Shown: positions 34,965 through 49,700 of the stretch, in pieces | Layout: every line of letters starts with the position of its first letter | Position numbering within the stretch: the stretch's first letter is position 1 | DNA from: Antedon mediterranea | Taxonomy: Eukaryota > Animalia > Echinodermata | NCBI RefSeq assembly: GCF_964355755.1 | Contig: NC_092676.1 | Span: 8,223,888 to 8,287,887, forward strand | DNA length: 64,000 nt | Reading direction: 5' to 3' | Program-made: the position numbers and the translations under genes | The notes under the pieces: generated by a model | Databases searched by the model: none | What the model was told of the DNA's origin: nothing | Seen by the model: only the letters and a program-made list of their open reading frames with translations

Positions 34965-35716
34965 TATGAGTGATTCAATGAAGTTCCTTTTTCACTAATA
35001 AGAAAATATCTAGGCCCAGCATAGTACATAGTTTTTGACAAGCAGTGATAGGCTTGTGAATTCTAGGCCTAAGCTTGCTCGTGTTATGAAATTCCACATC
35101 TGTTTTCACCCAGTGTCAAGTGACAAAAGGACACAGGTAAGTCCCGTTCTTATCTGTTTTTCGGACTGTGCTTCCGCTCCGGCATCATCTTCTGTCAGGA
35201 ATGACCAAAAACGTTTTATTACGTAACATTAAAACGGCCTTTCAACGTGACTTCTGAGAATAGTAACTTCATAAAATAAACAACCAAATGGTGATTTTAT
35301 GTAACTTTATCTTTTAAAATATTTTTAAACGTTTCACCGCATCAGTCGTGTCTAAACTGTCAAAGCGTGACACCGTGTGAATTTTTACTCTCTGGTGGTG
35401 GTTGGTTGTTGCTTGTTGTTGCTACATAAAGAGGGCGGAATTTATAATACGCCGACAAAAATAAAATAATATCATTATTTGTTTATTTTAATGAACATAA
35501 ATAGTTAGAGGTATATTTTTTTTCTTTTTCAAAGAACGGAATTTCTCTGAAAAAAAAAGTGAGAAGAGGGGACAAATTGTGTTTAGTAGAATGCAAACAG
35601 ACTTAATCAATGAAGTAAATTCTATTTTACGCTAATGGCGTTCCATACCAACATACACGTGATGAAAATAAAGAAATAAGAACTTCTCCTGGAAAACCCC
35701 AAACAACATCATCATC
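34965..35716. promoter_or_regulatory. Probable shared bidirectional promoter and 5' UTR region
   Basis: Divergent start codons ~750-770 bp apart, locally CpG-richer and TE-free, with a GC-box-like GAGGGCGGAA at 35431. TSSs are not determinable from sequence. Confidence 0.55.
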
Positions 35717-38700
35717 ATGTCTGTTTTATCAAAAAGTGGTTTGTACATTCAGGAAATAGCAGACAAGGATTTTTTGGTTAAGGGTTTTCAAGAAGTAGCG
35801 AAAAACCCCTACCATAAAGATAATAACCCAAAGGTAAATATTTTTAGTTAGGCCTAGGCTAGAGCCTACTGTCGACCCTCTGCTCTGTATGGCACCGACC
35901 GCGGCTCTCTATACTTCTGCCCGGTGACGTTTCAGTCCGGGACGTTTCGACCCATACAACTCAGTTGGTATTTTAGCGTCTATTAGGCCAAAACTAAAAA
36001 ATATAAAATTTACATTTCTCAATAAAAAATGAGGTTCAAGTTTCTTCAAATAAATGTTTATTAATGATGAGAAAACAAATTGATGCAATGTGACAAACAA
36101 AATCCCTATTATTATAAAATAAAAAGGTTCCAGCAGGACGATTCGGCCCTAAAAATTAAGACGATTCAGCCCGGGACTATTCGGCCCACTTTGTGGCCCA
36201 AAACGTCTCACTTTAGACCAAATTCATATTCATTTTTTTTGGTATTTATCAAGTTTTTAAAGGTGTTTAACAATCCGTATTTTATTGATATTGACAATGT
36301 TGATATAATATATATAATAAATTACTAAAAAAACGTCATTTTATATTGAATTTATTACTTCAAAAACCTTGTTTATTTCGTGCATTCACCAAGCGGCCAA
36401 CAGAGTGCCGGGCGTAACTTGTTTACATCGTTCGTGTGACTAAAAAATTATCATTTTCGACAATGTTTTCAAAATGTTTGCTTTATTGCATCTTTATCTC
36501 TAGTAGTACTGCCTCATAGTCTCTCTGAAAATAAAGTTTGTGGAAAAAAGCTTATTTTATGCTTATAAAATGCATATCAAAGCCGATAAATTTAAGTGTG
36601 CTGAATTATCTCAGGGCCAAATTGTCTCGGGGCCGAATCGTCCCGCTACCATTATAAAAGGGCAATTTACACAGACGAGCAGAAAAACATGAAGGTTGTC
36701 CCACACCACGTAGAAATGTCACTTTTCTCAGCGGAAACCGCCTCTCCATTTCAAACTTTGTGTAAAAGGGCATAAGGAATATAAACATAGATTCTATTTT
36801 TGTATGAGTGTTGGCAAGCGAGGCATGTGCGGCACGCCAAATATTTGTGCGAGGCATCATTTTATCATTTTCAAAAGTGCGAGGCATGCGAGGCATGCGG
36901 GACATATATTTAACAATTTCAAAAAGGTGCGAGGCATATCTTAACGTACTATTATGCTATATTATAGGCATAATAATCAATTATTTATATTTGTATAAAA
37001 ATAATAGGCCTAGCGTATCTAAATAGATTCAATACACTCAACATGTTTATTTTTATGTAACTATTGTTTTTTTCATTCAAGTCATATCGTGTCAAATTTT
37101 ACTTTTACAAAAGTGCCAAAACTGTTCAAAAGTTGTGCATCTGTAATTCGGTATGCATTGCACAGTCTTCAACTTTCGATAAACAATAATTGTTATAGCG
37201 ACACTTATCATCAAGTGACTGCCATGTTTGTTGGCATTTCGAGCGTGTTCACTTAACAATTAATTTAACATGTCTCTCGAACATAGCAGAGAGAAAATAA
37301 TATTTTGTCACACCCCCGTGCCTTGATCCGGTAGACCCGAGAGATGGAAAATCCCTCTTTACTATTTAGCAAGTAGCGGCGGAGTGATTCTGCCCTGAGA
37401 GGATTTGGCCTTGTGGCGATTCCCCTCCTATGTAGCACATGGTTTCAGCAGCAACGCACAGACTTCTCTCTGAGCGGCGTGCCAAAGACATTTTTGACAT
37501 TCAATTCTCTAGGAAATCAACACGTGTACCTCTCTCGCAAATAAAATGAACAGCGATGGCCAGGACAAGTACAATAACTGGCGGTGAATAAAAGGTAACT
37601 GATATGCCGATCAAATAACATGCCGCAAAGAAAAAAAATTGTGAGAGAATTCTAGAGCGCGTGTGAGAAAGACTTACGTCCGACAATCGTAATGCTAGGC
37701 CTAAAATTAAACTTTAGCTAATAATATGCTTAGCCCTAACCTAGAGGCCTATGCAGAAAATAATTTAATCAATTTTTATATAATAATAATAATTGGTGTA
37801 ATATTTTAATGATACACTATTCCTGTTTTAGTAGGCTAGGTATATTACGATTTTTATTTATTGTTGTCCATGTACGTACTAATAAACCTGGCGCTAGTTT
37901 CCTTCGCTTGTATTTTGTACTCCAAATTTGATAACTAGCTTTATCGTGTGAATACCACACCTTAGAAGTATACCTCATGAGTACTTTAATGAAAGAATCA
38001 CATAAAAAGTAACAAATAAATCCTTAAATTAATGATTTTACCAGCGTGTTCCTCGCACACTGTTCGCGAATTTCACGTATGTTCAATATTTTTGTTTCTA
38101 CGATAATAGAGGACTAAAACTCAGTGGAATCCGTCAATTTCTCATGCATTTATTGGTGAAAAACACGTTTTATTTCAATATATTTGTTAATCTGTCAATA
38201 AAAATACTGTAATAATTAATGTTACTGCTGATAGGCCTACTGTTCTGTTTTCAAAGAATAATAATCGATCCTAAATCAACATCACTACCTAGCCTAGACC
38301 TAGGACATCCTACTAAGGATATTATGATGAATTGTTCTATTTTATTCTTTAAAAGGTTAACGAAACCGTGTACAGTATCAACAGTAACATTTTTCCTTAC
38401 TGACTGACAAAATCTTCACCAAATAATGCGTTAAATATATAGATTCCACAGAGTTTTTAGCCCTCTAATTAATTTTGCTCTTTTGACGTTCCATAGAAAC
38501 CAAAATATTGAACATTGAGTGTGTGCAAAATTCGCGAACAGTATGCGAGAAAAACGTCTGTAAAATCACCAATTTAACGGATTTATTCTTCATTAAAGTA
38601 GGCTTACTAATTCTAAGGTGTGGTATTCACGATAAAGCATGGTTAACAAATTTCGAGTTGAAATACAAGGCAGGTGCAAAAGGGAACTAGCCTACTAGCG

Positions 38701-40726
38701 GGCCTAGGCTACTTCAATTTTGGTAATTTCATGCCTCGCAATTTGGAGAAATGATAAAATGATGCCTCACATTTTTTGATGATGGTAAAACGATGCCTCG
38801 CATAAATTTGTGACTTGCTGCACATACCTCGCTTCCTCGCACTTTGTTTCTACCCTTTTTTTATTTCTGTTTATTACTGCTTTTCTGTGTAAATTGGTCT
38901 TAACTTTAGTAACATCCTTTTGTAAACACCTTTCTTGATACAGTATCTATACTAGCAATTATAACCGCTCAATGGCGGGTTTAAATTTTAATATTAAACC
39001 TTCTCGATGCAATTCCGATTAATTTGATGTACTTCATAACCCCTGGACGTCAGTATCTCCCCATACTCACCAACCTCCACCCCACACTCGGACGATTTAA
39101 AAAAAATAAATTCTTTCCAGTACAAATTTCAATTCAACAACTACTTTTAGCTTCTTAATGAGAAGGTGTTACATAGCTATGATAGGCCTATGGTTTAAGT
39201 ACTTTGCAAACTGTGTTAATGGATAGGTGTCATATTGGATGATTAAAATATCTAATTTTGATACTGCTGAATTACCTCTACTGTAGACTTCTTTCTCCTC
39301 TCCCCATCACAGCGGCCATTAACATACCTTATATCTCCTCCCCAGACAGACTTTCCTATTACAATTCTGGTCAATTTGATAGTCTACTACCCTTATCCCA
39401 AGCAAAAATCCTCACCATCCACTCAACCCAGCTCCCCTCCCAAACCCCCGGACTCAAGGAATTTTTAAAATGTAGTCTAAAACCTTTCCGTTACAATTGC
39501 GGTCATTTTGATAACCATTATGTATGGTTACGTGCAGAAACAGAAATTTGTATAACGAACAAACATCGAAAGTGGGGAAAAGTGGGGAATTTTGACCCCA
39601 TTTTGGCCCCTAACATGGATCCAAAATGGTGGATGATGTTAAAATATAGTTGAACCTTCCCAGTACTATTGCGCTCTTTTGTTATTTTTTAGGGAATCAT
39701 CAATCTTGGGACAGCGGAAAATAAACTTATGTATGATGTGTTATCGAAAAAGGTAGGGAACTTCAGTTTCATTTTTCATTTTTAAAATAGATCAGTGAGA
39801 TTTCTGTCACAATACAATCTCTCGTGTGATGTATGAAAAATCCCACCTCTCCCTCATTTGGTCAGTAACCCCGTACCTGATATGTTCACGGATAATGGTA
39901 TTTACATCTTCCCTGATTATACTACCTACTGTCATTATAACCTAGTATAGTAGTAATATTTAAAATTTTAACTGCTTTGTTTTTTAGTTGGCTGAACCAG
40001 ATTTACATATATGGAGAAAAGACATGTTGATGTATTCTAATATAGCTGGTTATTATGAGTTTCGAGAAACTATTGCTGAATTTTTAACGAAAAGAACCAA
40101 TGCAGTCACTCCCCTTGATCCTAATAAGGTTTGTGTTATTAACTACAGATATATTTAGGCGTTTTTTGCAACCAACACTAGTTCAGAAAAAAAATACATG
40201 GCACAAAATGTTTGAACCCACCACTCAACTCCAATCCAAATCATTATTTAGCTAACAGGTTTTAGCTCGCGCTACCGCAAATGAAAACAAACACTGTCGA
40301 CTGTTTGAAGAACAAACAATCAACGGTTCCCACATAGAAAATGCGCATTGCAAAAAAAATGTTATGTCGCTGTGTATATCAGCAGAAAAAGTATGCTCCT
40401 TTTGCTGATTTCTGCACAATACATAGGAGTGTCATTCCCGGGCCACCTTAATATAGTGGGAGGTGCCACCTTAATATAGTGGGAGGTGCCATTTATCATG
40501 AATTTTATGTGCAAGAGTACCATTCTGACCATCTAAGGGGGCCTGTGTTTCAAATACTTAGTGTCTTGGCCCCCTATTTCAAAATCTTGGATCCGCCCCT
40601 GAAAACATGAATGTAATAATTAAAAGATGAATTCATTTTACAAAGTAATTTTATTTTAGATGGCTGTTATGAATGGATGTGGATCCGTCATCGAAACAAT
40701 TGCATTTGCTGTTTCAGATGCTGGAG
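35717..40726 (+). CDS. ACCS: ACC synthase-like protein (PLP-dependent aminotransferase class I/II), exons 1-4, 3'-incomplete
   Basis: Exons 35717-35833, 39693-39752, 39988-40128, 40660-40726 (117, 60, 141, 67 nt, all GT-AG) splice to MSVLSKSG...NPYHKDNNPKGIINLGTAENKLMYD...MLMYSNIAGYYEFRETIAEFL...PLDPNKMAVMNGCGSVIETIAFAVSDAG. This carries the ACS signature NP.GIINLGT.EN.L. Confidence 0.92.
35920..36650. mobile_element. Unclassified DNA-transposon-like remnant with ~15-bp subterminal repeats
   Basis: GGACGATTCGGCCC-type repeats on the left, inverted GGGCCGAATCGTCCCGCTACC on the right. Confidence 0.5.
37306..37499 (-). mobile_element. Short solo-LTR-like insert
   Basis: GC-rich 194 bp bounded by TGTCA...TGACA; no clear TSD. 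Confidence 0.4.
37893..38692. mobile_element. Long-TIR (foldback-type) MITE
   Basis: ~250-bp degenerate inverted arms 37893-38140 and 38440-38692, e.g. GCTTTATCGTG..AATACCACACCTTAGAA vs TTCTAAGGTGTGGTATTCACGATAAAGC. Confidence 0.7.
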
Positions 40727-40762
40727 GTTAGTTTTATTATTAGCAATTTTTTTTTAGACATA

Positions 40763-41571
40763 CCGTATATTTCGGTGTATAAGTCGCACCTGTGTATAAG
40801 ACGCACCCCTAACTGAGAGTAAAATATCGGTATTTTTTATATCGTCGGTGTATAAGACGCGCCTTATATTTCATCAAAACAATGTTTTTTTAAATTGTAA
40901 TCAATATTATTGTAATAATATATTTTGTTATATCTGCAACGGCGTCCTTTATTTAGGTTTTTTCTTACCTAGGCTCGGCCGCGCCAAGCCTCAACAGCCG
41001 CAACATCGAGTGCATGACCGTGAGTGTAACACGTACGACGTGTGGGCTAGCCTCGCTCGATCATTTCGAGAGGGCGCACGTTTTCACGGACAATCGTATT
41101 CGATTAGTATCTATGTATCCGAGAAGTGTGTACGCTAGGTCCATGCTATAATCACCTGGAGAATATACTAGTCGAATACCGTACACCATGTGGCCGCCAA
41201 GAAGGGCTTGCGCTGGGGGTACGGCGATCGTGCGTATAACTACTGTATAAATAAATACTATTCCAATCGTACGTAAACGTTTACAAATGAAATTTTATCG
41301 CCATAATGAACAAATCTTTTCATCATATTTAGTATAACATCATGCTAAAATGCCTTGAAAACTAGGCAGAAGCAGGTTGCCGTTACGTTAATTAGTTACT
41401 GTAGCTAGGCCTAGCCTGCTCAGGCCTAGCAAACGAGGTGACGATAGCCTAGGCCTAGGCCTATGTACAATCTGTGTGGTGAGGCATTTATGTTCGGTGT
41501 ATAAGACGCACCCTTAATTTAGAGGTCAAATTTGCGTGTCAAAAGTGCGACTTATACACCGAAATATACGG
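40763..41571. mobile_element. Tc1/mariner-pogo superfamily MITE (~810 bp)
   Basis: Perfect TIR CCGTATATTTCGGTGTATAAGTCGCAC, TA TSD; second copy at 56580-57361. Confidence 0.9.
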
Positions 41572-41623
41572 TAGAGTAAGATGCTTACAGTAGCAAAGTT
41601 ATTTTATTTTCTTCATTTATTAA

Positions 41624-41928
41624 AGATGTATTGTCCCCAAAAAACATGAAAAATGAAGAATAATTAAATCAGAATTTATTTTTTTTTGTAGTTTAAAAAA
41701 AACTTTTGTAGAAAAAAAAAATGGAAAAAAAATAATTTTTTCACTTATAAAATGACAAAATAAAGGGTTAAATTCAACCCGAAATCCATTGGCTGTCAGC
41801 CAATTTGACTATTTTGCTTTAAATTACAGTTTTTTTCAGGTAAATAATTTTACCAATTGCTGTCAAAGTGGATAATTATTATGTGACATTAAAATAGCAT
41901 ATTATTTTTTCAGGGGGACAATACATCT
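41624..41928. mobile_element. Kolobok-type MITE (~305 bp; other copies ~9565-9835, 28726-29020, 32976-33230, 33295-33580)
   Basis: TIR AGATGTATTGTCCCC, TTAA TSD, purine-purine termini. Confidence 0.8.
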
Positions 41929-42149
41929 TTAATATAATAATAATATTTGTTCTTATATAGCACTTATTTCACAATGACCATTATTACCCCGGTCATTTTT
42001 TGGATCAAGCAATTATGGAAACATACCATAATGCAGCTATTAATCAGCACAAAGTTGTGTCTTGATCTACCCAGGTACCCATTTATACATCTGGGGTGGA
42101 GAGAGGCAAACGTACAGTAAGTAATTAAGTAATGCTGCGAGAGTCCAAA

Positions 42150-43630
42150 TGTAGAGTTTGCGCAATGAATAATTAAATCACATTGTTTTAAATGGAATCT
42201 GTACAACTGCCGGTTGACGCATCTTGCACTTAAACATATAGACAATTGTGTAAGATAAGAATTGGCTGATGAGTTTATAGGGATGATGAATGTCCAAACA
42301 TATATTTCATCAGGAATCGTCATCCAACCCATCGTAGAACTAATTGCCATTACTATTATCGAGCTCAGTGAAAACGATCAACCCTAGTTTTTTTGCCATT
42401 TTTAATTGTTCTATTCTTCTCTGTGTTCTGTTGACAGAACGGACAAGAAGATTACAAGGTACCTCACTGTAATTGCAATGAACCCAATGTCGTTAAGTAC
42501 AATAAATATGGCGAATGCATACTCTCAGCCTTGCCAATGACTTTTGCCAGAGGTAGTGCAAGGTACACTCTCTTTGCCATAGTTATTATTCCTAAAATAT
42601 GAAATATTGATAAAGTTTTAGTTCATTTGCTGCTAATGGTGGACAACTCAGCACAATCCATCATAGTAGCCATGCAAAGCCGATAATGATTCTACATTTT
42701 GCACAATTGAAGCGTTTGGTACTAAATGGATTAATAATGTTAATAGCTCGATCAACATTCAGAAAAAATGAACACTGAGCACTGTCCAGAGAGAGTAGAA
42801 ATAGTCCCTGCAAAACTGCAAAGGAAACTGCTTTTCCAATCTCTTGCCATTTTTGCGTACTGTCCATGATAATGTATAACTGCATTCTGCAAGATTAGTA
42901 ATGATTGTGGTTTGGACCTTATTGACATTGTTACCTTTTTAAACTTTTGTGATATGATGACAATCAAATTGCCAATGACATGCCAATGATCATCATTAAT
43001 ACACGGAGAACTTTGCTTTTTAGCAAGTCTTCACATGATGCAAAGGCATCAACGGGTTCGCAGTTCGCAATGACACCAACAACGCAACAGAGACAAGAGA
43101 AATCGGAGTACCTATGAGAGTAAAGTAAATGAATATGAATAGTTTTTTTTTTTTCGGAGGCCCAAATTGTTAACTATCGATCCCAAAAAGAATGAGTAAA
43201 AGTTTAGAATATTCAATGATTTTGAAGTACATTTATTTGATGCTTTCGCATAAATTATGAATACTAAACTACTATCTGTGTAGTATTGTAGCATAATTAC
43301 ACAGAGAGTATAAACATGCCATAGAATGTAACATAGCGGAATTATTATTATACTATTTATTTTAATATAACTATTTAAATTGAACATAATAAAAACATTT
43401 ACCATATTCAAATTATGACATGTAATTTACTTAAGTAAAACTCCGACATGTGTGACATTCAATAAAATGGCTTACTGTACATACAGCAATAAGAATAAAA
43501 CAGTAGCTGCATAATTTTGTATGAACATCTATCATACTTATATCATACTTACAATTCTTTTAAATGTGTCAGTTGTTCAAAAGTTTTATCTCTGTATTTC
43601 CATAAGTTGTTGTTCTCGTTTAACCATCTA
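42150..43630 (-). pseudogene. GRL101/LGR-type LRR-GPCR pseudogene, copy 1
   Basis: LRR exon WLNENNNLWKYRDKTFEQLTHLKEL (~43552-43627). The hinge+7TM exon from 43111 reads YSDFSCLCCVVGVIANCEPVDAFASCEDLL...WQG*EYAFAIFIVLN...IPDEIYVWTFIIPINSSAN, with multiple stops and frameshifts. The 5' extent is uncertain (possibly to ~45640). Confidence 0.85.
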
Positions 43631-43918
43631 AAGGATAACATATTAGAAGTACCTATTAAGCATAGGCTTATGACAATGACAATTGTTGAGTGCATTTTGA
43701 ATTTTGCTGGTCCATTTTTAGAGATAAATACCCTGATCGTGTAATTTATTTAGCAACATAATTTTTGACAATTTGCTTTGTTTGCTACTTATGATGCGTA
43801 CACAAAACTGTAACATTCTTTTATCAATTACAATTAATACTTCCTCTACCGACTTTACCATAAACCATGCAATTTGCAGTGGATTTATTAAGTTTGAGAA
43901 TAAGCTTTAAAAATTTCC

Positions 43919-44164
43919 TGTAAAAGACCTCGATCTAAAGGAGTTCTTAAGTCAGATCTTGGTCTTTTTTTTTTGACAGGAGGTCCAACACCCCCTCCTC
44001 TCTCAAGGACTTGTGTCCCAGAGTGAGGGACTCAGATTTGTTGCCGAGGACATGCGACAGGTTGGATTACATGTCACCAGTGGCAGGGTAGATCTCTCCT
44101 GAGATCCTCGCCCTGACCTGATCCTCGACCAGACAGTAGTATGATTCTGAGTTTACCAATGACA
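43919..44164. mobile_element. Short LTR-like GC-rich insert
   Basis: Bounded by TGT...ACA and sharply richer in GC than its flanks; TSD not evident. Confidence 0.35.
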
Positions 44165-46789
44165 AGTGACAGTTTGAATAATCAAACGGTCAATGTCTTG
44201 CGTTGTGCTTACATCTTTCTGATTGCGTCCTAGTGGGAACCACGCTTTAACGACTGGAGTGTTGAATCTAACCCAAGTAATAAACTGTACAGCATTTTTA
44301 TCGCAAATAATAATACAATATCATCTTGATAACTTGAAAAGGTCATTATAGAGTACGCTTATATGAATGGCTGTCAAATTCTGTGGAAAAGGGCTTGGTT
44401 ATTTTTTGTATAGTTTGTAGTAGTTTGTATAAACACAAGTGGATAAATGCAAGGTGATTTTCCTGTGTCTAGATTGAATCTGAAAGTATTGGAACAATAA
44501 ACAAATAATAACAATTCCTATATGACAATTGTACTGAACGTTTTATCTATTTTTATAACTTATTTTATATTTATAATTTTAAAAAACCCGTTTTCTGAGT
44601 AAAATAGAGAAGTGATTAAGATTAAAAAATACAAAACTGGTTGATAGGATGAACCTCAAAACTTTAATAAAAAGTATTAAACAGAAGAAAGACGAATTCA
44701 ATATAGTAATATAAAAGTTGATGCAGGATTAATAAATATACGTTTATTTCTAATACTGTAGTATTAGAAATAAATGTATTATCAATTATGCACATATCAT
44801 AGTGGCTTTGAAGCAGCAATGGTCGTTGTACAGGAAGTTCAAAATACGCAAGTGGAACGACATTGCCAAGTCAGCCTATCAACAACTCACAACAGTTACC
44901 AAAGATTCAGCCAATCAAATCTAAGTCGAATCTTGTTAATTTTTTAAAGCATTCATTATCAAAGCCATTATGTTATATACATAATTGAAAGCAATACACT
45001 TTACATTATTATTTTCCTGTGTCACTTCAAACTTCAAATCGATATATTAAATTAAGGCTGTTCGTCTTTTAAAGGGTTTTTCACACCTGCAAATAAACCG
45101 GAGCCAGACCAAAGCAAGTGTGAAAGAGGCTTTAGATAATATGAGCTTTTTTAGGGAAATTTTGCAGATTTGTGTACTATTAAATTGTATTAAATATCTT
45201 TTCTATTATTTTCTTACTACAAGAACTTTCTTATATATTCCTCTTTAAGAGCAGGCTGGTTGCCTCCTGGACACTCCCTTTATACTTGATGATATTCCGA
45301 TCCTTTTGGAAATAAGTCCTTACTGTACTTTGATAAGTTCAGTCAATGTCCCACTTTTATTTCATCATCTTTTAAAATATTGAAATACATTGCACATAAT
45401 AAATAAAATAAATAAATATTAGCGTTCAGCTTGATATGATATAAGTGAGTATACAATCTTTGGTAATTGCAGGGAAGAGTGATATTTCCCTCTTCCCTGG
45501 TAATGGTTACAACAAGCTGTATGTTAAAGCAACCGATAGAAAACATCTTGATATACCGTATGGAACAATAGTGTGTGATCCTCTAAAAGCAGATGGTACC
45601 ATTGACGAAACAGGAACAATCAAGCTCACGATAAAGCTTTATTTTAAAATTACTTTTTGTTTGACGAACTGTGTTGTGATGTTTTGTTTGAATTCTCAAA
45701 TTATAACACACTGCCCTCTAATTTATTTTCTTAATGCTGCTTTTAATAGTAATAATAAATATTAATGACAATCAAATACGAATATAATATAATAATGGAA
45801 CTTTGATTAAATACTCCTCAAGTTTTTTGCATTTAAGTTTGGTACTCCTTAAGTTGTTCAAATTCAAAACATCTTATGAAATGAGTACGTCATAACATTA
45901 CCAAACAACATCAATCAATTCTTTCTTTAAATCTACGAAATCGTCAAATAAAATAATAATATTACTAAAATTGATGATTTTAATCTTCACATGAATCTAT
46001 GTAAATTAACTTCTCAAGTCTTTACTCAATGTTGTAGACAATTAATACAACATACTTCAGTACCAATTTTTACCAAGTAACTAAATTCAGGTTTCTTTAG
46101 ATTTGAGTTAAATAATTAGTTATTTGAAGTTAAAACAACTTCATCAAAAAATGTTACGTTTTTAGACACATTTAAAAAAACTAAAATATTCACAAATCTA
46201 CTTATACTGTATATAATACAATTAAGGAATGAAATTCAAAACCTTGTAATCAGATATTAGTCATTATTAAGAATGTAACATGTTTTATTTTCTAACTTAA
46301 ATTTCGGCGTTTTATGACATTTGACTTTCCATACCTCTAGCATACAATGTAATCATATCCATATCTGGTTAAACTTAAATGTTTCTAGTATACTAGGTAA
46401 AGTGGTAAATAAATGGATTGAGAAACAACCAAATAATATTAATTGATACTTCCATAATATTATTTGATACTTTTATGATATACGTATTTAAACGTTAGGC
46501 CTATAAATATCATTTGTACAGATGTCAAACAACTCGTGAGGTCGAGAAATTAAAAGACCTTGAATAATTTATAAAGCGTATTAATATAAACCAGTGAATG
46601 ATAAAATCGTAAAATATAAACAATTAGTGTTTGCCAACTTTAAACGTGCAGTATAATATTTTAAAAGGATTACAATTAAAGATAATCCATTGTTATCAGA
46701 TATCTATATAATATTTTTAAATGCTAAAGATTACATGAATACAATAGATGAAAATTTTGTAAGCGAAAACAAGACCAAATTGCGCAATA

Positions 46790-49700
46790 AATAATTAAAT
46801 CACATTGTATTAAGTGGAATCTGTTCAACTGCCAGTTGACGCACTTTGCACTTAAACATATCGACAATTGTGTAAAGATAAGTATTGTCTGAGAGGTTCA
46901 TAGAAATGATCGATGTCGCTGCCCAAACATATCATCAGGAATCCTCATCCAATCCATCTCAGAACCAATTACCATTACAATTATCCGGAACCAGCATCAT
47001 CATCATCTTCATCATCCACCCTGGTTTTCTTTTTATATTTATTTGATCTTGTCGTTTCATATTCCGTTGAGAGTTGTCCATCATTTCTTATTGGACACGA
47101 ATGCTTTGAGGTAACACACTGCAATTACAATAAACCCAATGCTGTTAAATACAATAGAAATTACAATAAAATCATCCTTTTCAGGGACTTCAGAGGCAGT
47201 GCAATCTTTATATTGCCTAGTCATAATAATTATCTCCAAAATATTATGTGTACAGATTCTCTTAATATTTTTTTTTTTAATTAATTAATTCATTTTTTTG
47301 AATATTGTGTTTACTTTTATGTACGGTATGTTTTGGACTTTTGAAAATATTAAATAGGTCAAGTGTTATAATGTTCTTAAAGCTATAGTTAATTATTTGC
47401 CGTAGATGCAAACAAATGTTTGTGGAACTAGGGTGGTAAATTAGGTCAATGGTCATCGATCCATACCAAAATATTGAGGAAAAACCTCCTACAAGCCACA
47501 TTTTAAACCAAATCTCCACCATCAACTAGAGGTTTGGATTTCTGTATACATTTCATTTTAAGATAGTATTCATACATTTTAACGTTAAAATTGGACACCA
47601 TATCGACTCAATTTATCAACTACTATGAGAAGTACAGTAGTTATTAAAGTAAGCTTCGGCTAATTTTAATCGTCATAACACAACTCCAAGTAACAAAACC
47701 CGTTAATTGTGTGTGTTAATAGGCATTTGTGTGTGTTATATAGGCCAAAATTTAAAAGTGGCATAAACATTTTGGTGGGGGGGGGGGGGATTTTTTTTCT
47801 AACATTGTATATGGTATACTCTATCAGAAAAACCAAAATAAAATTTTCCTATACTTTCTTTCCGCAAATGTGTATATTAACTGTTCTGAACCCAGGCTAC
47901 TAGGTTAATTATGTCTTGCCCATTTTCACTCCACCATGGGTGAGCCACTTGATGGGGATTCTTTGCTTTTTACTAAAACCGTTGTGTGGATTTTGTTTTT
48001 CCTGGACAAAATAAATAAAATGAAAAGAATAAAAATCTATACTTCTCTTGTTTGTTCATCTTTACATGATGGTTGACAGTAATCAATAACGCCTACGAGG
48101 CAACACAGTCTTGAACAATCTGAAGACCTATGAGAGCAAAAGTAAAGACATAGCAAATGAATGTGAATGATTTTTAGTTTCATTTTAACAGTATAAAACT
48201 TGAAGAAAATTTACTATTGTTTGCATACTTGTCGATCATAAAGATGGTGTAGAATATTCAAAGATTTTGAAGGTACATTTAATTGATAACTATTCTGAAT
48301 ATCAAAATATTATGTGTAGTGTTATATATAATATAAATACACAAAGAATAAGAACATACTATCATGAACTATAACATTTAATCGGAATTACTTATTAATT
48401 TTAATATGTTTATTTTAAATTGAACATAATCTAACATTCAAATTATTAATGTAGATTATTTGACATGATTACTGATAACAGCATGCTAAAAATAAAAACT
48501 GACAAATTCAATGACAAAATTGAAACTGGTTAAACAACAGTGCCAACATTGTTTTAAAAAAGGTTTTTAAACCTATTAAAATAGCTGAAAGTTTTTAATG
48601 CAAGTTGCCACTGACGTTTTAGACATAAATTGACAAATTATTATATGATAGAACACCAATAAACATACATGAATTAATTTAATTAACGGACCAATCAAAA
48701 GTGTCATGAGGTGTACTACAGTTGAAAATTGACCTCCTGAATGCAGTTGTACGAATTAAATGAAATTCAAATTCTTTTAAGAATTTAAAAATATTGATTT
48801 TCCTTGAAATAATAGGAAGAGTAACATTGTGTATGCACACCTGTCATATACTTACAAATGTGTTAAGTTGGTTAATTGTTCAAAAGTTTTATCTTCGTAA
48901 TAAAGTAAGCTGTTCCCATCTAAATCTCTAAATAATGACAATGATTAACTATAGTAAATTTTGAAACTATTAACATATCAAAATGAAGGGTTGTACAGGA
49001 TGTTAATAACCAAGAGGCTTTTGTACTATAGGATATCATCCTTGTGAAATAATGGGTGAAGCCAGAAGGAAAATTGGAATGAATATAATCAATGACAAAA
49101 GTACATTGTTGAATGTGTTTTCATTTATAAACTATTTAAACGTACCATTCTAGCGTTGCAATAAATTAAGTTAAGAATCTTGATGAAAACCTAATACATG
49201 TTTACACTTGTTTCTCGTTCAATTCTAGTTGCATTTACATTTCAGAGTAAATAACTAGCTTTGTAATCCTAATGACAACCTGCAGTTTAAATTATTCCTT
49301 AAATAGCTACTTCATGGCATGAGTTATTTAAATTATAAATCATATATTAATATTATGAACTTACAAACGTGAAAGTGATGAAGCAAAAGAAGAAAATGCA
49401 CCTGGTTCTATGGTAGTTATACCGTTTTCCTGTAAAAACCTGTTGGAAGATAAACGGTTTGTTTTTTAATCCTACAAAATTAATATATAATTATTATTCA
49501 ATTGATTTTAAACAAATCTGTGAAAACAGAGATTTACTATTAGACTGGTTATAATACAACAAACAGTGACGTCATTGGACATGAATTAAACAGTACACAT
49601 TGGATCATATAAGATAAAAAATAACTAAATTTGTAAAATCAATCAATAAGAATAATTATTATGTAAGCCAAATATTGAATGCTTTCACACCACAACTATT

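Larger units (their letters stand above)
36806..38845. mobile_element. Non-autonomous DNA transposon with GCGAGGCAT subterminal repeats, hosting nested inserts
   Basis: The left ~130 bp (GCGAGGCAT repeats, CATCATTTTATCATTT) is inverted at 38730-38845. Confidence 0.65.

Noticed and set aside
41950-42120. Candidate ACCS exon 5 after ttcttatatag
   Set aside because: Phase-1 reading hits TGA after five codons, there is no P.PYY motif, and the adjacent sequence is a SINE-like fragment.
45343-45765. ORFs 45445-45765 (+) and 45343-45546 (-)
   Set aside because: No recognisable domain. The minus strand may be a decayed Cys-rich N-terminal exon of GPCR copy 1, but support is too weak to call.
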